Positions 10,851-22,609 of a DNA stretch of 64,000 nucleotides are shown piece after piece. The notes beneath the pieces were generated by a model. The model saw only the letters and a list, made by a program, of their open reading frames with translations. It ran no database searches and was not told the origin of the DNA. Source of the DNA: Octopus bimaculoides (taxonomy: Eukaryota). Each line of letters starts with the position of its first letter. Position 1 is the stretch's first letter. The position numbers were made by a program, and so were the translations under genes. The DNA is taken from contig NC_069000.1 of the NCBI RefSeq assembly GCF_001194135.2, positions 7,000,351 to 7,064,350 of the forward strand, written 5' to 3'.

Positions 10851-13800
10851 CTACCTTCAGAGGAGCTGAATGACTTGTGTCGTTTTAAAGGTGTCTCTCT
10901 CATTACTTGAGTACGGCACCAACTATTAACACTGCAATATGAAACTAACTTCAAGAAGACAATGGTGTAGAAACCTAACGTCACAATGGAAAAGGCTGAA
11001 ACAACAATAACAATAATATTAGTTTCAAATTTTGGCACAAGGCCAGCAATTTCAGGGAAGGGAGTAAGTCAATTACACCGACCCCAGTATGCAACTGGTA
11101 CTTATTTTATCGACCCCAAAAGAATGATAGGTAAAATCAACCTCAGTGAAATTTGAACTTAGGACATGAAGACAGACGAAATGCCACTAAGCATTTTGCC
11201 CAGCATGCTAATGATTCTGCCAACTCACCTTATTATTATTATTATTATTATTANNNNNNNNNNTTTTTTCCTTTTTTTTTTCACCAATTTTTATACCAAA
11301 TTTTCAAAATTCAAGTTTAAAATTGTTTTTTTTTTTAAATATTTCACAGCAGATTTTACTTTATTTCGAAAAAAACTTTAAAATCGCAATATCTCCAGAA
11401 GATGTGACCCAATATACATAACTATTTCACTAAGATCTCTAAAATGTCACTGGTTTATACATGTTTCAAAGGTATTTGAATTTTTGGTGTGCTACATTTA
11501 TTAATATCCACTTCTAGCAGAACAATGAAGCTTGTTTTCTTTATCTTAACTAACTCTTAAAACAATTCTTTCAGGTCATCAATATAGAATTAGAAAAACT
11601 ATGTCAAAGTTGGATTAGCCATTGTTGTTCTTAAAGATCCAATTTTAGCACTGAGTCAGCTATTAATTCTTCTGTTTATTATTCAAAAAGAGAAACGTTT
11701 GTTCATTCAAGTAAAAACATTGTAAAACATACACAAAATTCTGATCAATTCTACTTTCAAACCCAAACTCACTATCTTCAGTTTAGTTTTTGTGCCTATC
11801 CTCACCTAGAGTTGTGAATGTTGAGTGCTGACCAAAAGCATATTATCATAAATACAAGTAGAAGAAATGGGGTTCCTCGAAAGGATCTCTGGAATAATGT
11901 TGCTTCACAGGGTGCATAGCTCAGAGATCAGGGAGTTTCATCTGGTGGAGCCACTACTTCTCTGCATTGAGAATTCACAGCTCCAGTACTGCGGAGATGT
12001 AATTAGAATGTCACAGATTCTTCAAGCCGAGCCAACTAAAGGCAGACAAAGAACAAGAAGGGCTCTACCATAATCTCAGTTGGTCGTGCTTGGGGATCTA
12101 TCCAGAAAGTCTGACAAGACCCTTTGGAAGAAGAGCCTGAGAACTTTACCCCCACAACCCACCCGAGAATAGTGGGTGGAGAAGGTGGATGGATGGATAA
12201 TTCCACTTCTAGCTAGAACTAATTAACTTTTGCAGATTTTGTTGTATATCACTTCTTTATTATTCGTCAATTATTCAGACCTGAAGTAGAGAGGGCATGT
12301 CATTGAAGTGGTTGTGAATCCGATTGATTAATCAAACAATCAATTAGTTAATTGGTTATGTAATTAACCAACTGTTGAATAATAAAGGAGTAGTGTAGAA
12401 CTAGTGCATATGTTTATTATTGACATAATGACTGTCTGAAACACAGCAAATACTAATTAACAATTAGTCCTACTTTTAGGTCATTACATCTGTGGCAGTG
12501 GTGCAGTGTGGGTTGCCAGTGGCTGGGGGGGGGGGCAAAGCAAGTACTGAGGGAAAAGTGTACTACATTTTAATTTTTATTATTACTACTTTGTTTTCCT
12601 TTTAAAATTTTGAACCCTTAAGAGATTCGTACCCAGGGCAACCAACACCATAGCCCTGTCCATGCTACATCCAGTTTACATTAGCTGTTACAACACACAT
12701 GCAGAGGAGACAAAGAACTGTTATGATTGGTGACCTTGTTATGTGTATAAGTCACTCATTGACTGATACATCTCCAGTCACTTCCCCACATTACTTCTCA
12801 ATAACCTCTCATCTCTGTCAATGCCACCTGTGCAATGAAGGATGGTAGCAGCATTCTAGGACATTTACCCCGTCCACCACCAAGGACAATTACCCTGAGT
12901 ACAACAGATAATGATTTAAAACTTCCTAATATATTGGAGAGGGGGTAATTAACCAAGGGAGTAATTGTCCTAGAGGATAGTTGTCATCGGGGCGGATTTG
13001 TCCTATGAGGGGTAATTGTCCTGATACAGGTAGCAGAGCTGTCCTTGAAACTGGATAATTTGTTTGTTTCATATGAAAGTATTAATAGAAATGTTGAATA
13101 ATTAATGTTTAATAAAACTTACCAGGGTTTGGATGTAAATGTAATATAAGAGCAGCAGGGAAGATGAGAAGAACCAGCAGGTTAACGCAGTAAAGCAACT
13201 GGCCTGATTTATCACTGATACAGTTCTGGAAAAAAAAAATGAAATGTAAAGAAATAAAGAGAGATAGTCAGACATTAAAAGAGAAAGAGAAACACCATCA
13301 GATAGACAGACAGAAAGACATACTGAGAGATAGGTACTGAGCAAGAGACAAACATAGACGGATGTACACCATGAGAGACGGGTTATATATATATACACAC
13401 ACACACGTGCAGATATACAGTTACAAACTCACAAAAACAAACAAAAGACTAACAGACAGACACCAAAACAAAAATATCTAATTAATGTCATAAACATCTG
13501 TACTGGAGGATTGACAAAATGCTTGAGTGTTCAATCCATACTACAACCAATGTGTTGTGTTGTACTTTTGAATAAGGCACACAGCTACTTTTATTTGTTT
13601 GTCTGGCAGATATCAAGCCTTGTTACTATTTTCATATCATCCCTAACAATCTGCATATATCATCATCATTTTAATATCCTCTTTTCCATGCATGCACGGG
13701 TCATTGAGGCAAATTTTCTTTGACCCAATCTCTTTCCTGTTGCCAACCCGTACCTGTTTCCAAGCAAGAAAATATTTCCCCAAAACGAGACATTTTCTTG

Positions 13801-14747
13801 CAGAATATTGAAAGTGAACGAAACTGCTTGTATGACAATGGCACTCATTTACAACACCATAATGTATAATGTCAAGACAAGGAGAGAAACACACACAGTA
13901 GTCAGGATTTCACACAGGACTTCTAGCTACCAAATCTACTCACAAGGCTTTGGATGGCCTAAGGGTATGGTAGAAAACACTTGCCCAAAGTGCCATGCAG
14001 TGGGACTGAACCCAAAACCATGTAGTTGGGAAGCAAATTTCTTAACAACACAGTCATGCTTGCACCTACACGTATTTGTGTAAACTATTCCCTCCACATT
14101 TCCCATGTGAACACGGAAATAACAGTTGTAACAGGATAAAGGTGAAGAGGGTAAATGGTATGTGCAAGGAGGGCAGGGGGGGGGGGCAGAGAATATTTTG
14201 ACTTACCTTAGCAAGAAGGCACTCTGTTTTGAAAGCAAATAATATAAACAACTCCAATACTGTCAAAGAAAGATGAAATGATATTTAGACTCATCAAATA
14301 TGCAGTGAACAGCAATGTGCAGTACTTAATGTCATCTGTAACTTAAGGAAGGATGTTTCAGACACACAGTATAATAGGTACAGTAGCTAACCACACACAC
14401 ACACACACAGTTAACTGCATATACACACACTAGTTAATCATATGTACATGTTAGTTAATCACACACAAACGTTAACTAGCTCACCCTTCACACACAATGA
14501 TCATATAAATGACAATTGTATTATCAAAATAATAATAATAATAATCCTTTCTACTTATAGACACAAGGCCTAAAATCTGTGGGAGGGGACAAGTTGAATA
14601 CATTGACCCCAGTGCTTAACTGGTACTTATTTTATCGAGCTAAAAGGCAAAGTCAACCCTGGTGGAATTTGGATTCAGAACAAAGATGAACTAAATGCTG
14701 TTAAGCACTTTTGTCCAGCAAACTAACAATCTTGTCAGCTTTCCACC

Positions 14748-14791
<44 letters not shown>

Positions 14792-17700
14792 CCTTTCTAC
14801 TACAGGCACAAAGCCTGGAATTTGGGGGAAGGGGACCAGTTGATTACATCGACCCCAGTACACAACTGGTACTTAATTTATCGACCCCAAAAGGATGAAA
14901 GGCAAAGTCAACCCCAATGGAATTTGATCTCAGAATGTAAGGATGGACGAAATGCCGCTAAGCATTTTGTCCAGCATGCTAATGATTCTGCCAGCTCACT
15001 GCCCTATAATAATAATAATAATAATAAAGAGAATGACTTACAAGCAAGGAGTGCAACATTGGGCCAATTAGATGGATTAAGCAGGAACATTTGAAATGAG
15101 GCTACAGGGTCGATTAAAATCCCATATCTGAAATATTAAATAATAATGATAATAATAATGATAATGACAATGACGATAATTCTAGTTTTTCTAAGCTGCA
15201 GGATGGAGCAGAGACGGTCCAAAACATCCCACCTTTTCCAAGACAGTGGAGGGAGATTTAACTACCATATCTAGCAGGTTGTGTGTGATCACCTAGAATA
15301 CCATTGTTGTAAATGAAGCAGCAAAAATATTTTTTTAAAAAATAGAAAACAATATTTACTCACTTTATTAAATTTTCCAAAACCAGCCGCGTGTTAGAAA
15401 TTGCCTAAAACAGAAAAAAGGAAACAAGTTAAGACCATTTATCTGTAGCAAAAGTCTTTTTCTTTAAAACTATTTTAGCAATGGATGGGGGGAAACCAGC
15501 ATCATTGACCCTTTGACCAGTGAGATGAAGGGTTGAAGTTATCCTTTGACCAGAGTCCTAACCCTTGTGCTTACAACAGAATGCCTTCCTTCTACTAGAG
15601 GGGTATGAGACGTTTTGACAACTTTTTAGTGCTGCCGTTTTGGCGCTACCTATTTCATACAATGGATTCAACATCGACTTATTTGGGATCAAACATTTTG
15701 TTTCTCTCGTTCTTGCCTTTGCTTCTTCTCTCTCTCTCAGTTCATGTGTGTAAACATCATTATCATCATTTAACGTCTGTTTTCCATGCTGGCCTGGGTG
15801 GGACATAGAGAGGAACCCATGCAGTGCCACACAAAAAGTGCTCATGCAAGCGCCACACGAAATGCGCCTGTGCCACACGAAATGCACCCGTGCTGGCGCT
15901 ACATGAAATGCGCCATGTGTAAACCGTTTGTGCCAGCACCACGTGTAAAGCGCCTGTGCCAGTGCCACGTGTAAAGCGCTCGTGCTGGCGCCTGTGCTAG
16001 TGTCACATGTAAAGCGCCCGTCCTGGCATCATGTAGAGAGGTGCCATGTACCCATCAGATAAAAGGTGCCTACAAATAATGTCACATTAAAAGCACCGAT
16101 GTTAGTGGCACCTGAAAAGCATGTGCTGGCAACCCAGAAAGCAGCACTCTGTAAAGTGTTTGACATTAGGAAGAACATCAAGAGATTGAACCGAAAACAT
16201 GGTTAGGAAGCAAGGTTCTTGACCATACAGCCATGGCCATGTGGTTGAGAAAAGATACTTACAAGGAGTAAAATACAAAGATTTAATAATCCTCTGTAGT
16301 TTGTGAATCCACTTGAGGTACTGAATAAGGAATCAAGATGGCGGTGGATCCTGTGGGAAGAGAAAACAATTTTAGAGGAAAGAGATAAGGAGAGACAGAG
16401 AGAAGAGAAGGACAAAGAGGCCTAGACAGTGTGGGATCGAAATGAGGGGGAGTATATAGGTATATGTGTGTGTGAGTAGAAACGGTTATTATCATTATTC
16501 CTTGATAAGATAAGATGAAATAGAACTAATTTATTGAGGACGTGAATGATTGAGAGAGAGGAAGAAGGTGGTGGTGATCAAGGTTGGTAGAATGTAGGGG
16601 AATATCCTGATAACACTAATAATAAGAACAAGAAGGTTTGACAGAAGCTCAAGGCCATGACTAACTAATATTTTTTTAAATGCTCGCAGTTTGATAGAAA
16701 AGGGGTCTTAAAAACGACTTTCAAAGTGGTGGGGGAATATCAGATATTGCAAGCGAGAGGGGTCAGCCAACAGTTGTAGTTAACAAATAAAACAATAAAT
16801 ATTAAGAAATACGTTGAAATATGAAGGAAGCGAAACAAATATATTAGGAAATTCATAGAGAAAATGTCGTTATAAAATATAAAATATTTTAGAAATGAGG
16901 AGTGGAGTGAGATCAAATGACAGGCAGATATAGTGTGTCGCGTGTGTGGCAGGAGTGGTTTTGCAACGTCAACGTTTTTTGAAAGTGGCTGCACGAAAAA
17001 AAATTCTAACAGTTATTAGAATTTGATATTGATCTTAGCCATAGTGCATGGTTGTGCCATTCAAGACACATTTTTTTTTACATACATTACACAATGCTTC
17101 AAGCGAACTACAATACTCTCTCTCCTATTCTGTCAGATATTTTAGTAACATTTAATAAAAATATCATGATACAAAAGCTATTAACCATTTTCAAAATATT
17201 ATATATAAATACACGCGCGCGCATGTATATATACACACACACACACATATACGCGCGCGCGCACGTATATATTCCAAGGGGTGACAAGTTCAGAAAAGAA
17301 GCTCTGCCTGACCATTGAAAATGAAGAAGTCAAAGTCTGAGTGAAAATAAAATATTTAATCATAATCGTTAGCCGGGCAAATGAGTGTGTGTGTGAATAA
17401 ATATATTTTCGCTCCAAAACAATTTTTGATTTATTTTAATTAGTGTGCTGGGGTCAGTTTGTGAATTCTGCGATTTTTCCAAAATCCTCAATGCGTTTCA
17501 TGCCAAAATAAAAATAAATTTAAGGAAAAAAACCACTCTACGTTGTTGCTAAACCTGCTAGAAATAGCAGCCACCACCCACCCTCAAGCACAACTTAGAT
17601 AATGTTGTCCTAGATACACTGTCTGCAAAATGAAAAAAATAATAATAATAAAAACTAATGAGAGGATGGTCATTGCTCGAATAGCTTCAAATACAGATCT

Positions 17701-20700
17701 ATTCAATCAGAGTTTATCAGTAGTTAAACAATCACTAGTGTAATGACTCAACGAGGGCGCGCAGTCCTATATATTAGTTCTTTCTGTGTTATGAAGCACA
17801 TAAGGCCGCAACGCGATCCCTCCAACCAGAACCTTGTTGTCTGTCACTGTTCTGGTCTCATTCCGACTTTTCCACTCTTCTCTCCTTGTCAATGGTCCAT
17901 CGCCATGTGGTTTTAGGGAGTCCCGCTGCTCTTTTAAGACCTCATCGGCCGCTGGACTCCCCTCAGGCTTTGTCCCATTGTTGCAATTCTTCTTCGAAGA
18001 TATACAATGTCTGGATGAAAGACGGGGGTAGTCATGGCTGGAACACCTTTGATTCTAGGTCAACTTGATCAATTGATCAGAGCAATTTGTTGTAGGTCAA
18101 GTAAACACGTAGAGTGGAAGTTTCCCCCTTGGCTGTTAGTGATTTGTTTAGAAAAACTGATAAAGTGAAGCCGGAGAGAGACAGGTGAGGAGGGGTGCGT
18201 CGTTGGAGGAGAAAGATTACCTTTTAAGAAAAGTGAGTTGGACATTTGGACAAGGTTCAAAGTCCTCAGCTGATAGAGACGACGACAGCAGTGTATGACA
18301 GACGTATCAACATACATCTATACATACATTAACTCAGATACGCATCAACTCGCATGCTCAAGCATACACACCAGCACGCATGCACACACACACACATACA
18401 TGCACACACATACCTCATGCATGCATACGCACACACAACACATGCACACACATACATACATGCATGCACGCGCTCTCACACACACACAACATGCATGCAC
18501 GCGCGCACGCATACCCATCAATATGCATGTATACGTATACACACAATCAACACGCATACGGACAGACATCAACAAGCATGCGTACACACACATTAACACG
18601 CATGCATACACACATATCAACACGCATGCACACGCACACACACATCAACACGCATGCATTCGCGAACACACACACATAACACGCATGCATACGCGCGCTC
18701 ACACACATCAACATGCATGCATACGCGCGCACACATCACCACGCAAGCATATGCGCGTACACACACACACACCAATAGACATGCATACGCGCACACAAAC
18801 ATGCATATGAACACATATACACATTCCTTTATGAATAGTAAACAGAGGAGAACAATCTATAAAAATGTTGATAAAATAAAGACAGGTGTCGTTCATTAAA
18901 TGGGATGACTGAACCTTGAGACAAACAAATGGCTAAATATTTCGACGTGTTTACAATTTATCACCTCGAAGTAACATCAAAACATTTTAGACAGAACGGT
19001 ACTATACTGGATCAAACACAACTATCTTTAAATGTTTCATAGTTTAAAAACATTAAATATATGCTGGGCAATTTGAATTGTTGAAATATCATTATTGATG
19101 GTTTCTTGAATAAATACAGTTCCATTTTTCGTTCTATATTCTTTGACTGGTTTTGGTTTGTATATTCTTTTTTTTTTAATGTTCTTTTAGTTTACGGCTG
19201 GAGCAAGTGCGAGGTATATAGTTACTTAACCGAATACAATATTAGAAAAATTAAACAGGATTTGATAAATCATACAAGGATATTTCGTTAGTTTTAATTT
19301 TTTCTCCTAGCATATCGTAATACCTCGTTTTTATGAAATAAATGAATGAGGGGTTTTATGGAGTTAACTGTTACCCCTCACAAATATCGCGACGACATAT
19401 CTAGAACTACATTATTCAATGTATCCTTCGTTAAGACGGAGGTGATGGTTTGATTTGAAGAAGATTTGTCTGCAATTTTTAGCAGGATAAATGACTACGT
19501 TAGGGTCCTGTATTCAGATTTGAAACCTCCCACAACCGAAGTTCTCAAAAAACATATGAAAAAAAAAAAACGGTTTAAGATTCAGCACCAAAATAGTAAT
19601 TTAATACATGTTACTAAGATGTGAAATAAACAAGTTTCTCGATACAGCTGCACCCGCCTCAGGTTTGTATGCACTTAGAGTTCGTCCCTGGTTCTAAGAA
19701 AGATCCCACCGAAGGGAAAAACTCGGTGTGACAATGAAATAACTTCCGTTTTGTAAATAAACATTTGATAGAGAGAACTTTCAACCCGTTCCCAGGTGAT
19801 GCCAACTTTTGTGGTCGCCAAGAATATATACAGAATTAAAATAATAACAAATTAATAGCGACATCAAATTGTTGCTTGTATTTACACTTAATTCAGAAAA
19901 TATATAAATAAATGTACTGAGGACTGTAGAAAATAAAGACATTGGGTAAGAAGCAAGTACAGATATATCTCTCACCAAAACACCCAAGTCAGCTTTTCAT
20001 ACAAACCTTGCCCATACAAACCTTAGTCTTACATACAAAACACGATTTTAATGTGTTTATATTTAATTAAAACCTTCTAACACCAAGAAAGTTTCGTTTA
20101 AGTCATTTTACAGATATCAATTTAATAATAATAACTTAATTATTTTACTACATCCTTCTAAATACTTGATTGGTTTTAAAACTAATTGAAACCCATATGG
20201 TCACAAAGGGGTTAAAAGAAAGAACAAAGATGTGTACGGAAAGATAGTGATACGTCATCACCTTTCTTTACACACCTTTAAATGATTGTTGACACCTTTC
20301 TACTCCAGTGATTACTTAATGCAGAAAAGAAGAAAGAAAAAAGCATTATCGGCTTCACACTAATTAAATACTCCAGACAGATTCATTGAAGCCTAAGAAA
20401 CTATGCGCTTTACCTATCAAGAGATACGGGCGAAGGTAAAGAATACGCACACCACCTGCTTTTGGCGTTTAGGGCTAGGTTTAGGGGTTCGGCTTAGTTA
20501 CGCCGAAAACAGGTGGTGCGTGTATTCTTTACCTCCGGCGAGATACGGTTATATACCCAGTCAGCCCACATTGTTGTTTATAAGACTTTACAGAAATATA
20601 GACGAGATGTAAACAAACACTCACGGTTTGTCAGGTTGTTTCAGTCGTTCTCTCTTCTCTTCGCCAGTTATTTCTTCATAATTCGCCATGCTTACCGTCC

Positions 20701-20848
20701 TCCTCATGTTCCGACGACGCAACACGGGTGAATAGTCGTCGGATGCCACTTGCTCCTCACCTTCATAATTAGATAATTGGTTAACTGGTGGGGTATCAGA
20801 CGTGGAGTTCTTGTTAGAACTCACACGCGTCATTGGGCTAGGCACCAT
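3076..20848 (-). CDS. DGAT1: Diacylglycerol O-acyltransferase 1 (MBOAT family), 16 coding exons, 1509 nt = 502 aa + stop
   Basis: Hand-spliced exons 20625-20848, 16263-16350, 15364-15404, 15042-15127, 14207-14259, 13123-13225, 10855-10995, 9773-9844, 8569-8672, 7862-7900, 7141-7227, 6309-6421, 5760-5825, 4616-4703, 4078-4140, 3076-3216. All introns are GT-AG, phases are consistent and there are no internal stops. Motifs seen: [60 protein letters not shown], catalytic [18 protein letters not shown]. Most exon sizes match the recalled human DGAT1 sizes. Confidence 0.97.
4078..4140 (-). CDS. DGAT1: DGAT1 exon 15 ([21 protein letters not shown])
   Basis: tttcag acceptor, GTGAGT donor, 63 bp. Confidence 0.97.
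4222..4465. mobile_element. piggyBac-like MITE (partial relative at about 6895-7015)
   Basis: TTAA-cctttctactgcaaaa ... ttttgcagtgaaaggg-TTAA: TIRs with TTAA at both ends. Confidence 0.7.
4616..4703 (-). CDS. DGAT1: DGAT1 exon 14 ([29 protein letters not shown]; catalytic His)
   Basis: caacag acceptor, GTAAGT donor, 88 bp. Confidence 0.97.
5001..5200. mobile_element. Tc1/mariner-like MITE. Other copies at 27815-27984, 44769-44955 and partial at 44180-44278
   Basis: About 28-bp imperfect TIRs (cgaggggtgctgaaaagttcctggcttt / aaagccaggaactcttcagcaggcccctca) flanked by TA on both sides. Confidence 0.75.
5284..5388 (+). mobile_element. Internally deleted RTE remnant
   Basis: [22 protein letters not shown] is joined directly to the terminal ggaaagctgacgttaaac...(gat)n. 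Confidence 0.7.
5760..5825 (-). CDS. DGAT1: DGAT1 exon 13 ([23 protein letters not shown])
   Basis: ttgcag acceptor, GTTAGC donor, 66 bp. Confidence 0.97.
6309..6421 (-). CDS. DGAT1: DGAT1 exon 12 ([37 protein letters not shown])
   Basis: ttacag acceptor, GTGAGC donor, 113 bp. Confidence 0.97.
7141..7227 (-). CDS. DGAT1: DGAT1 exon 11 ([29 protein letters not shown])
   Basis: ttccag acceptor, GTAAGT donor; 87 bp equals human exons 11+12. Confidence 0.96.
7327..7420. repeat. 47-bp tandem duplication with one mismatch
   Basis: tcaggcttgatccagcaggcccatgatcaaaggt(a/g)ttctagttctga occurs twice. Confidence 0.9.
7862..7900 (-). CDS. DGAT1: DGAT1 exon 10 ([13 protein letters not shown])
   Basis: ttccag acceptor, GTTAGT donor, 39 bp. 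Confidence 0.92.
8569..8672 (-). CDS. DGAT1: DGAT1 exon 9 ([35 protein letters not shown])
   Basis: ttctag acceptor, GTAAGT donor, 104 bp. Confidence 0.97.
9773..9844 (-). CDS. DGAT1: DGAT1 exon 8 ([24 protein letters not shown])
   Basis: ctctag acceptor, GTGAGT donor, YPNNL motif. Confidence 0.93.
10855..10995 (-). CDS. DGAT1: DGAT1 exon 7 ([28 protein letters not shown]...SFSSSE)
   Basis: tttcag acceptor, GTAGGT donor, 141 bp. Confidence 0.93.
11015..11230 (-). mobile_element. SINE family A copy abutting the DGAT1 exon 7 acceptor
   Basis: Same core in reverse complement. Confidence 0.85.
11790..12170 (+). mobile_element. Degraded RTE-like LINE ORF2 C-terminal fragment
   Basis: VPILT...CECWVLT...[10 protein letters not shown]...[13 protein letters not shown]...VIRM resembles the RTE C-terminus. 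Confidence 0.75.
13123..13225 (-). CDS. DGAT1: DGAT1 exon 6 ([34 protein letters not shown])
   Basis: polyT-ccag acceptor, GTAAGT donor, 103 bp, transmembrane segment. Confidence 0.92.
14207..14259 (-). CDS. DGAT1: DGAT1 exon 5 ([18 protein letters not shown])
   Basis: tgacag acceptor, GTAAGT donor, 53 bp. Confidence 0.92.
15042..15127 (-). CDS. DGAT1: DGAT1 exon 4 ([28 protein letters not shown])
   Basis: tttcag acceptor, GTAAGT donor, 86 bp. Confidence 0.95.
15364..15404 (-). CDS. DGAT1: DGAT1 exon 3 ([14 protein letters not shown])
   Basis: ttttag acceptor, GTGAGT donor, 41 bp. Confidence 0.95.
15830..16140. repeat. Tandem about 24-bp units (gccacgtgtaaagcgcc.gtg) within an RTE 3'UTR remnant
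   Basis: Repeated cacgtgtaaagcgc units flanked by RTE 3'UTR motifs. Confidence 0.65.
16263..16350 (-). CDS. DGAT1: DGAT1 exon 2 ([29 protein letters not shown])
   Basis: cccacag acceptor, GTAAGT donor, 88 bp. Confidence 0.97.
18350..18810. repeat. Compound CA/TG-rich purine-pyrimidine minisatellite (acacgcatgcatacgcgcgc...)
   Basis: Direct reading. Confidence 0.85.
20430..20539. mobile_element. Mutator-like MITE with 9-bp TSD and a telomere-like loop
   Basis: About 40-bp TIRs; direct repeat GAGATACGG at 20421-20429 and 20540-20548. Confidence 0.7.
20625..20848 (-). CDS. DGAT1: DGAT1 exon 1 ([11 protein letters not shown]...KQPDKP)
   Basis: ATG in gacATGG context; donor GTGAGT at 20624; phase 2 joins exon 2. 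Confidence 0.88.
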
Positions 20849-22609
20849 GTCTGTGACGACAACAAGAACACTGACAGCAGCAGTGAACGGTGTAGATCAG
20901 TAGAAGCCGTGATGGTAGCGGTAACAGTAAATTGTTATTTAATGGAAGCAGCAGCGGTGAATGACGACTTAGTGGTGGTGGTCGTGGTAGCGAAAGAACT
21001 AGCAGCAGTAAATTTAGTGGTAGTTACGAAAGCAGAAGCAACAGTAACAATAACAAATTAATTTTTGGCCTCACTAATTCACCCTCTCAGTCGCAATGCG
21101 AGAATCACGTGTCCTTCGTGAAATGCTCCTGCAACCTTCCTTAACTGTTATCTTTTAAAACATATCCAAGGTGCAACGTATTAAATACACACACACACAC
21201 ACATGTGTGTGTATTTAACAAGCCATAAAAGACGAGACATTCTTGACTGAAATATTTGTCGACGGACGAAAAAAAGAAGCGGTCAAAGAAGATACACATG
21301 TGTAACACCGTCGAAGTTTTAATGTTGGTTCCTTCGAAGTTAGCTGGGGTCGGACAGGTCTACCGCCTCATTTTAAGTCGCCGCCCCACCCTTCGATTCG
21401 AGGTTTTGTTATTCCATTTGTGAGATGATTTCCTTTTTTCAGTGAGCCATTTTTTTTCCATATCATTTGTCTGTGAGTTGTTTTGTTGTAGGTCAACTGA
21501 GCTCTGATCGAAGAGACTAAAAAGATCAAGGGTGTTCACACTGTGACCATCCTACCCTTTCCCCCACCACATTGTATCTAGGACTACATTATTCAATGTC
21601 TCCTACTCTGAGAAGCCAGGTTGTGGTTTGAAGGAAAATACCATTACTAACACTGAATAAATATCTTTGACTTTGAAATACCAAACATGATCTTATATTT
21701 TTTTTTTCCTGCTGAGAGGGAGGGAGAAAGTTATTCTCAAACCAGAGGCCCCAGGCTAGATTTTTGCAACAAAATGAATTCTTCTAGAGGCATTCAAGTA
21801 CCACAAGGCATCTAGTCTGACACCCTACTCGGTCTGCCAATTTATTGCCCTTTATTTTAATGACCCCCAAAACGATAAAAGGCAAAGCTGACCTAGGTGG
21901 GATATGAACTGAGAGTGTGAAAGAAATACACTTAGGCATTTAGTCCTACTCCCTAACCATAAGTGTGGGAACTAAATTTACTTAGAAGCTGCAAACCCAG
22001 GTCTAAGATATTTTACAAACAGGATTGATTTCTTCAATCTCAATATCAAAACAACACAGGTATAATAACAGTAAATATTATTATATTTGAGCATTAAACA
22101 AATCAGATAAAATTAATAATGGAAAAAGTGATGCTTGAGATCAGCCAAAAAATAGTTTGACGCTCATTCATTTTGGAGAAGTTTTTCAGGGGAAGTTCAA
22201 AGCATTTTCATTGCCTGTCAAAAAATTTTAGGGGATGCACTTACACCCATCTGTTACCAAGCCTATAACAACTCTGCTAATACCAATGTGTGTGTGTGTG
22301 TGTGTGTAAGCATATCATCATCATCATTTTACATCCACTTTCCATGTTGGCATGGGTTGAACAGGGCATCACTATCTGAGTTGTATCTAATTGGGGGCCG
22401 TTACTACTCTCATAGAGCAGTACCTATCATTTTGGCAAAGTTTTGATGGCTAGTTACCCTTCCTCTCACCAGTCACTTTACAGAGTGTATGTAACTAACT
22501 ACATTTAGTGTGATAGTAACACTAGAGGGCCCATAAGCCCTTGGTAAAACAGGATGAAAGGGATCTCTCAACCTTACTTTACCTCTACTTGCTCACCTCA
22601 CCAATCATT

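Noticed and set aside
18295-18899. Long His/Thr- or Val/Cys-rich ORFs, and similar YIYI/VCVC ORFs at 26478-27018, 46132-46512, 50199-50436 and 60874-62888
   Set aside because: They are translations of CA/TG/TA microsatellites. Only 26484-26649 is used, as TBC1D20 exon 1.
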